Under the pieces are notes generated by a model. That model saw nothing but the letters and a program-made list of their open reading frames with translations, was not told the origin of the DNA and did not search any database. From NCBI RefSeq assembly GCF_964204645.1, contig NC_134027.1, positions 23,956,560 to 24,020,559 of the forward strand: a stretch of DNA of 64,000 bases, given 5' to 3'. The translations under genes and the position numbers were made by a program. This document shows positions 55,423 to 64,000 of this stretch, one piece after another (positions within the stretch are counted from its first letter, which is position 1; every line of letters starts with the position of its first letter). The DNA is from Tubulanus polymorphus. Its lineage: Eukaryota; Animalia; Nemertea.

Positions 55423-58421
55423 TTAGCAATTAGAAGATGTGACGTCATCAATAGCAATATCAGATTCATAACCACTTCCCCGGGTAGCGACAAACTCGAT
55501 CTAAAAAACAAACCAGACATAATTGATTTATCAGATTTTTTTAAGTGAAAGTTCAAATAATTCAAACCGTACTAAGTACGTACTTTGGTGTTCCCTTTTG
55601 GAATATTAACTGATCCACGTTTCCATTGATTTCCCTGATTACCAGATTTCAAAAATACAACGCGTCCGTTGAGTTTAACTTCTAATTTTCCCATTTGTGA
55701 ACCACCATACATGTGATAATAAAAGTTCATGACGCAGGAGTCGGACGCTGATTGGGTACTTGCTTCTAACCTGGCTTGATGACCTGGAATTTTTCCGGAA
55801 GCTTCCATGTACACATACATCCCTGAAAAGAGAGTAAATATCAAACTCTGCTCATATCGCGATACTATTTTATTGTATGAACACATACGTTCAACTTAAC
55901 AATATCGTTAACTTCATGTTCTCACAGTTTGAGGGAGGTGAGGGGTGTAAAGATTTAGGGAAGTTAGGGGTGTATGGACGATGTTATTTGAGGAACTGTT
56001 CGTACCACGTCCAGTCGTATGATCTGCACTTGGACCGGTGCGTGAAGTATATGTACCCCCTGATCGTCTCGTCCACTGTCCATGTGAGTTCCACATCCCG
56101 TTATCCGTCTCGAAATCGGTATCCAATCGTCCTACGTGATAGAAGATGATTTTTCGACATAATTGGAAAGAGGTACACTATGAAAATCATCACGGGATCC
56201 GCTAGATGAAGAGTTCATTTCTAATCGTGGTCAGTGATGAGATCCTCTCCACTATTTTCACTATTTTATCGCGATTTTGCTTATGCTGTTACTTCAAATT
56301 AACAAACCTGGTGTCACAGTTGGTGTCGCAGTTGGTGCCACAGTGACCGATGAGCATCCTGTTGAAAAACTGACGTCATCAATACCCATGTCGGATAGCC
56401 AAGACTTTGGCCGGGTAGCGACAAACTGAACCTGAGCAAAAAGACATTTCTCAGGTTATTCGTTAAACTATTTCATAAGCTAATTGAGGAAAATCTAAGC
56501 TGTGCACTGAGTACGTACTGCGGCATTTCCTTTTGGAATGGGAACTGATCCATGTTTCCACTGGTTTCCCTGATCACCAGATTTTGAAAATACCACGTTT
56601 CCGTTGAGTTTAACTTCAAGTCTTCCCATAACTGCACCATACATGTGGTAGTAAAAGTTCATGACGCAGGAGTCAGACGCTGATCGAGTATTCGCTTCTA
56701 ATCTGGCTTGATCTCCTTGAGGTCTCTCGTATGTCCTCATGTGCATGTACCATCCTGAAATGAGAGTAAATATTGGACTGTGCTCGTCGCGATACTAATC
56801 ATTTGAATGTAGGTACCAGGGCGGATTTTTACCTATGGGGGATATTTACCGGGGGAATTTTACCGGGTTTTTTTTTTACCTGTTACCTATTTAATTGTAT
56901 GACTACCTTATTTCCTATTTACAATTCGCTAACTTTATCTTTCCGCCGAATGAGGGTGTAAGGACGATGGTATTTGATTGAGAAACTGTTCGTACCATGT
57001 CCAGTCGTATGATCTCTTCTTGGACCGGTATAAATAGATCCTGAATTGCCCCATCGTCTCGTCCATTGTAATGTTCCCTGCGAGTTCCACATTCCGTTAT
57101 CCGTCTCAAAATCGGTAGCCAATTGTCCTACGTAATAGAAGATGATTTTTCGACAAAATTGGATAGAAGTTATCATTTTGGGAGCCTCCTGTTTTCGCCA
57201 TTCTATTGCAACGAGCTACTTGTACCGCAACTATAAACTACGTAACAAACCTGGTGCCACCGGGCCGCATCTCGCAGAAAAAGTTATATCGTCAATAGCT
57301 ATGTCGGACATATAACCGCTTCCCCGGGTAGCGACAAACTGAATCTGAGAAACACAGACGTTGTTGGTCAAGGATGAACTAATCAAAGAATACTAAACTG
57401 TGTGCTCAGTACGTACCGCGGCGTTTCCTTTTGCAATCGTAACTGATCCCTGTTTCCATTGATTTCCCTGATCACCAGATTTCGAAAATACAACGTTTCC
57501 GTTGAGTTTAACTTCTAATTTTCCCATTGTTGAACCATACATGTTATAATGAAAGTTCATGACGCAGGCGTCAGACAGTGATTGGGTATTGGCTTCAAGC
57601 TTGCCTTGATCACCTTCATGTTTCCCAGAAGTTTCAACGTACACGTACCATCCTGAAATGAGAGCAAACATTGAACACGGCTCATGGCAAAATCATTCAA
57701 TTGTATGATCAGGGCTTTTTTTAATTAGTAGGAGTACGGATTTTTTTGGGGGGGGGGGAGTGAAAGGGCGAAGGGAAAAAAATTTATTTTTTTTTGAAAA
57801 CCCAGTGCCAGGATCCTCGAAGGGCAAAGGACAAAAAATAAAAAACAAAAATTACATTTTTTGTCTTGTTTTGCATTAATTTTCTGAAGGATTAGAAATA
57901 AAAGAATTATTTTCTCCGTTCAAAAAGGCTGACAGCCATTTTGAACTAAATAATCTGGTTAACATCATATACTCACAGATGGAAAGAGGAGGTGAGGGGT
58001 CTAGAGACAATGTTTTATGAGGCAGTAACTGTTCCTACCCTTTCCAGTCGTATGATCTCCACTTGGACCGGTCTTTGAAGATGATGTACCGCCTGATCGT
58101 CTCCTCCACCATAATGTTCCCTGCGATTTCCACATTCCCATACCCGTCTCAAAATCGTTAGCCAATTTTCCTACGTAATAGAAAACAGATCATAGACAAA
58201 ATGGGCTTGGCCTACTTTTATGTTATCATATCTTTGGACCCGCTTGGCGAAGGAGTCTGTTTCCAAACTGTAAGAGGTTCAAATACTCCGGCAAGAGTAA
58301 CCTGAAATATATTTGTCTATTGTAAAGACTGGTATGAATTAATCGACTTACCTATTTCGCCGCTGATGACCGCCTCCGAAACACCAGCATATACCGCACA
58401 AACCAATACGGCGAAATACAT
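55423..58421 (-). CDS. Gene 9: secreted protein of three MAM domains (488 aa, 10 exons) using the family leader exon
   Basis: Exons 58421-58352, 58170-58039, 57652-57417, 57344-57251, 57127-56996, 56754-56519, 56431-56308, 56131-56006, 55822-55584, 55500-55423; 1467 nt in frame, all GT-AG. MAM motifs DFE..W, TGP..DHTTG, F.Y.MYG..MG.L, G.QGNQW and DIAIDD/DMGIDD occur three times. AATAAA ~50 nt after the stop. Confidence 0.88.
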
Positions 58422-60712
58422 GATGAAGTTCTGTCCACGCGTTTGAGTCGACTGACAAAGATACGTCAAAACTGACCGTTTATATCGTATACCGGTACAG
58501 CGATTTTTGAAGTGTTTGAATGAATCTGATTTTCATCGATAGCATGTTCTCTGTTCTCTGTTCTGCTCGATAGTATGAATATTTTTTCGATATTTCCAGC
58601 CCAATGCTATATTAAATCAATATCTGGGTGCCGAGTAGAATTTTCAGACTAAATAAATCCCAAGGCCAATTCAACCTTCGTTTTGATGCACATCTCACCT
58701 AAATAACAGTGGAATTGGATTTTGAGTCAAATAAAATGCGCACATACTGTGGAACTGAGTCCGGGTGGAATGTTTTGCCTGTCTGACACCTATATTTATG
58801 ATTAGTAATCAATGATTTGAAATATTTTTGATATAGAGTTGGTATTCATGTGTATCTATTGTACAGAATTGTACATTTAATTTTGTAAATGCCGCTGCCA
58901 TTTCTTCGAAGAGGCCGAAGAGTCTGATGTCTACGCTGACATCCTAAATATTTATTCGGCAGGTTCTAAAATGATGGTACTGACAATTTTTGATACTGGA
59001 AATTCATAATTTTCTTTTTCTGTATGTACGTATCATACGTTAGTGCATGCTTTTGGAATATTTCGAATATAGAAGAACATTTGAGACATATTGCATGGGC
59101 GGCATACGTGTAGGCCTATAACAAAGCGAAACAAATCAATTATATCCGTTCACTAAAACAGCTCAAGCAATATATTCAAATTAAGTATGTAAATATCGAC
59201 TCGCTGGTATTTACAATGCTATTAAGTATCGTTGCAATTTATACATTGGATCGGATTTGCGATGTGACCATAAATCAGGTGATTTCTAAACGAACGCTGT
59301 GACCATACATGACTGGTTGGTTTGAAAGCTAAGAATTGAAATATGGTAACATAAAATTGATCCGTTTTTCCGGCAACGCAGTTTACAAGGCCGTAGCCCG
59401 GGATTGGAATGGTGGAGGGGATTGCTTTTCCAATGAAAGTGGAACTTTTTGAACAGTTACGTGCTCACAGATGCAATCTCGGGCATTCTTTGACTTCAAT
59501 TTCTCACCAAACAGAACAGGTTTAATTACGGATAATCTAAGCTTATTTTACGGGATACTGCTGTATGCACTGTATGTATACACTCAGCCACGGCACGAAC
59601 CCCTGCCACAGTAGACCTGGTGCGCCGGTACATGCGCAGCTTTGCCGCGCTTATACTTGCGGCACCAATCAGATTGCTCGTTGAATAATCGCCGAGGCAA
59701 ATTTCACGGAAGAACTATAAATGGTAAAACCTGGACTAAAATAAAATGGGATTTCTTATTGGCTATAATGACATAATCTAAGCTGCGCGTGTAGCTGCGC
59801 CCTCGGTCTAGCAGGGGTTCGGGGGTTCGTACGGCAATCTCGGTGCCATCAGGTTCGAATACCTGCCAGGGTAGGATGCATCGATCCATACATGGACATT
59901 TGAACGGGTTCAGCCGAAGTCTTCGGCAAAGGAAAAACAACTGCTGTTGACGGTGAATGTGTTTCTTATCGTATGCACAATCGTAAAAATGCGTCAGTTT
60001 TGTCGGGGCATAATGAAAAAAAAAATGAGCTTGCCTATTGACTACTTTTTCACTTGTTGATCGGCTTTTTAGAAGGAAAGGTCTACTACAAAACGAATCA
60101 TCTGATGTGCATGGACATAACTATCAAAAGTAATTTTTATCACATCTATGAACTATCGATACTTTATGTCAAATGGTACACCGTATCATCACTAGTGGAT
60201 AGCCGTAACATTGGTGGATAGATGTTTATTTGAACCCGGACATCTTACTCGACATCGCACGTATTTCAAACCCTTTCGCTGCGTATGGGGTTGAATCGAC
60301 GCCATGCATACGGCAAATCGATTCGAGTTGTAAGGAAAAGTCTATCTTTTTGTTCTACAGAGAGCGAAAGAAAAATCACTAGTTCTTGATGTATTCTTTC
60401 AATCATTTGACTCTATGGTTTTATCAATTTTAACTTTTGGGGCTGAAGTTTGAGGGTTCAAAAAGTTGCGATCTATTATCGATTTTGACTGGGCTGAGGT
60501 ATTGGTGCTATGAACACGTACAATCTGTTTACAACTGCCTTACTTATGATTAATCTGTTTTTACAAATATTGCGGACAATTAGAAAATAAGATACATATA
60601 TATCCAATTCCAGCAATAACTTTGATAGTCGTTGTTTCGCTATCTATGCATTCCAGTCATCAAATAACAGTTCAGCCCATTTCATCTGAGACGTTTGGAA
60701 CTTGATATATTA

Positions 60713-61717
60713 TTAAGTTCCATAGCGACAATGGTTGCAAAATGTGTTGCGGGCAATGTGTCTAAACTTGACACTAGACAGACAATACAGAAAAAAATTT
60801 ACACAAGAGTCAATTTGTGATAAAAGATGTTGCAAAGTGGTCAAAAGCATGTTCCTGATGTTCATCAAAGCAAGAATTCGGGATGCTATCGATGGACTTT
60901 CACAAACAAGGTATATAATCACTGAGGACAGGGCTAACATTGTAGCCTGTGTATCACCTCCAGTTACGACTGACGATGACTTGGACATAGTTTTACGTTG
61001 TGATGTTGCTCTGATTACGATTCTGATCAACGCAATATTAGTAATCGAGAGAAATGCGAACGGCATCGCTATGATCAATACAATGTATGTTGAGCGACCA
61101 GCCACCCTTCCAGCAGGAAGAACACCCTGGCCTAACATCATACGATTATACAACGGACAATCGTTGTATCTAGGTATCAGGGTGTTATAACGCCAACGAT
61201 ACACATGTGTCAAAAAACAGAATGTAAACAGACCCACGACAAAGAACGTACATTTTTTTTTGGTAATGAAAGCTCGGGATTTCAGCGGGAACGACAGTTG
61301 CAACCAGCGCTCAATACTGATCATAGCTATCAGCCAGTTTCGATACATCTTAACGGTCAAATTGGTTATTGTTGTGTAATATCTCGCATAAGGGCCGAGA
61401 AAATAACTATCGAGATAGTGATAATTAATGTATCCCAATTCCCAAAGTCCTTTATAATCTCCAAGGCTGGAAAAACATAAATTGACAACGAGATAAAATG
61501 AATCGACGACAGCGAGGACGCTAAGCAGGTAGTATGTAGCGACCACGCTCGAGTACATGCGTCTCAGGATAATAAAACTCAAATAGTTGAGGACTAAACC
61601 GATCACACTTACAACTGTACCACCGAAGGCTCGAATATACAATTGGTATTCTCCATTCTTCCAGAAACGTTCACTGAAACACTCGTGGATTGTGTTAGAT
61701 TGATTATTGTCGGACAT
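60713..61717 (-). CDS. Intronless rhodopsin-family GPCR (FMRFamide-receptor-like/chemoreceptor-like)
   Basis: 334-aa ORF with N-terminal NQS sequon, GLVLN, LAVVD, SIERW..FPL, CESP and VNFFLYC; 7 hydrophobic segments. Confidence 0.9.
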   Translation of the reverse strand: MSDNNQSNTIHECFSERFWKNGEYQLYIRAFGGTVVSVIGLVLNYLSFIILRRMYSSVVATYYLLSVLAVVDSFYLVVNLCFSSLGDYKGLWELGYINYHYLDSYFLGPYARYYTTITNLTVKMYRNWLIAMISIERWLQLSFPLKSRAFITKKKCTFFVVGLFTFCFLTHVYRWRYNTLIPRYNDCPLYNRMMLGQGVLPAGRVAGRSTYIVLIIAMPFAFLSITNIALIRIVIRATSQRKTMSKSSSVVTGGDTQATMLALSSVIIYLVCESPSIASRILALMNIRNMLLTTLQHLLSQIDSCVNFFLYCLSSVKFRHIARNTFCNHCRYGT

Positions 61718-63026
61718 TCTAAAACTATCAATTTGGTCTCGTTTATTTTCTATTGTGTGAGTCGGATACGCATATTACGCTTTCGTAAGCTTTCACATTT
61801 CATAATCATGTCATCTAGAAATAATGAGCTCGCGCATCTATCATTAAATGTATTCAGTGTAGACATGAATGAATAGAAAGATTATCCCCCAGGCATATCG
61901 GCTTCTGAAACAGAGTTTCATCAAGATTATTTCCCAGTTAAAAAATCACGAACACAATATACCGACTCTTATAGTGTATATATGTGTGATTATAATCGAT
62001 TCACGTGTATTTTACCTCGGGATCAGAGGATATGATCGCGAACAAACCGTACTCATATTCTTACCGGATTCAGATACTCAATAGGATATATAGATGTGTC
62101 TTGATGAGGTTGTGCTCTTTTATGGCATCCGAAATCACTATTTGGCTACATAAAAAAGAATCAAACGTCCGCCCCGATATATTACATATATTACACCCCT
62201 CGGTTTGATCCCATGGATCAGTAGGGGTCGAGACACCCTCTGCTTTTATTCTTTGACTTCTTTCGACAAAGGTTCTCATGTTTTCTCTATAACTTGCTTT
62301 TTTCGGATCTATTACATATGTTATTTGCGATAGTTTCCAGTATATATGTGTTAACTTGTAGGTTTTTTACTTCATGTATGATTTAATGATATGATATTGA
62401 GTACTTTTATTATGTACTTTAAACTAACAGTACTTTACATCAATCTTTCCTCTTTAAAGCTTTGCACATATTGTATTCTGCTGATTCTTTCCCGTGTTAT
62501 CTTTGTTCCATTGACTATCATGTAATTTGATTATGATTAATAAACCTTTAAAGATGAAAAGTAAAGAAACCAGAAGATGCTGCGTTCGAATATGTTTTGT
62601 CCTCTTAGTCTTTTGCTCCTTTAAACCCGATTCTTATGAATTCAGCTTTGAAAATATGTCGAATGCCACCATCAGATTATGTATTCATACAATTTACACG
62701 TACCGCAGTATCTTCTATTACAAGCAAGAAAATAGTCCTACAAAACCGAAATTTCCATTCGACTTCGACAAAATTCTGTAAATTCGCATGGTGGTTGGGA
62801 TGAGAAAATCACTTCAATCAATAATAAATGATTCACTATTTCAAGATAAAAGATAACGTAACTAACTAGAATACATCGCTTTTAATTTTACCGGTATTTT
62901 ATTTTTGCCACGTATTTAGAATAACACTTAGACAGTCTACATCTCAAAAATCGATGAAATTGGAAGTGAAATGATTACTTGTTAAAACATGACACCAAAT
63001 TATTTCACAAGCAGATTTTCCGCAGA

Positions 63027-63944
63027 TTATTCAACTTGTACTTCACTAGTGGGGCTCTGATTGGCATTGGCAACATTGCCACACTGGTTGTTATACGAAC
63101 TAAATCTACAATCAAACATTTTGAATTATAATCACATTTACGGATTCAGTTTCGAAATTCTTTAAGAATTTGAAAAGGCTTACTGAGCGCAGGAAGCGGT
63201 TCCACCGTCGCGACCTCCGCAGGTACATTTTTCGGTACAGTCGCCATTCACCTCCTCGTATTCGCCCGTAGCTGCATTGAGACTAGAATCGGGGAACCTC
63301 TCTACTGTACACGCACCTGTTAGTGGACATTACAATTTCAAATCATTAATTCATTCATAGATTCATCAACCAGTCTATGAAATTATTCACCAAATACAAA
63401 ATTTCATTTATCCATAAATCAACTAGCATTAGGCGTTAAGATCGGCAAAGCGGTCCGTCATTTACTTTTACTTGTCGTTCTCGCCGATTTAAAGCTAAAT
63501 TTTCTAGAATATTCATCAATCCTTCAAAACCGTGTAAAATGGATTTGAAAACGATGATTTATCTGGACTGCACAACCCTACTGATTCGATTAAAACATAT
63601 TTGAGGTATGCACACCCAAAATTAAGCGAAATATCCAGACAAGATCGTGGACAATCAAAAATAAATAGACTTTACCCTTACCAGTACGCGAGTTTGATCG
63701 AATCAAAACGATATACACGAAAGCGTCGCACGATTTTTTGATAATTCAAATCGAACAATTAGAAAAACATAACTAGAAATTTGACTGGAGCATTTTATTG
63801 GGACACCTTGCGGTGTCTTAAGGCAAAGTGAAATTTCCAGTTATGTCTTGTGTGTGAATTAGAATTCATCTTACCGGGTTCCTGCCATGTGGCTGCTTCA
63901 GTAGCACCAGCGAATACCACACAAACCAATACGGCGAAATACAT
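63027..63944 (-). CDS. Gene 10: secreted 6-Cys short-form peptide (91 aa), 3 exons, paralog of gene 1
   Basis: Exons 63944-63875 (MYFAVLVCVVFAGATEAATWQEP), 63316-63184 (GACTVERFPDSSLNAATGEYEEVNGDCTEKCTCGGRDGGTASCA) and putative 63099-63027 (HSYNNQCGNVANANQSPTSEVQVE*; an alternative in-frame acceptor starts the exon at 63105). Confidence 0.75.
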
Positions 63945-64000
63945 GATGAAATTCTGTCCACACGTTTGAGTCGAGTGACAAAAATACGTGAAAACTGACC

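Noticed and set aside
58175-58301. Possible extra exon after TTTCAG at ~58302 in the MAM gene
   Set aside because: The phase-1 reading hits TGA after six codons; the acceptor at 58170 matches the other two MAM modules and keeps the frame.

Overview
AT-rich, intron-containing eukaryotic DNA, most consistent with a marine invertebrate (lophotrochozoan-like; this is inferred from gene content only). The ORF track misses most real genes because they are spliced. Reading splice sites by hand gives ten genes that all start with the same cassette: a conserved core promoter, a short 5'UTR ending GGACAGAA(T/C)TTCATC-ATG and a phase-1 signal-peptide exon. Nine of the ten also have a 39-bp minisatellite upstream; the tenth runs off the window edge. 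Seven encode ~140-152 aa secreted 12/13-Cys VWC/SVWC-like proteins, two encode short 6-Cys variants, and one splices the same leader exon onto three MAM domains (apparent promoter/leader capture). Three of the long-form genes lie in a recent ~6.7-kb tandem triplication whose copies are mosaic. Also present: two intronless rhodopsin-type GPCRs, one GPCR pseudogene, a membrane-anchored HxxxDG acyltransferase, a 5'-truncated LINE nested in a TIR element, several MITEs, LINE 3' fragments and Penelope-like hairpins. Gene models rest on GT-AG sites, intron phase and paralog comparison, not transcript data; repeat boundaries are approximate.
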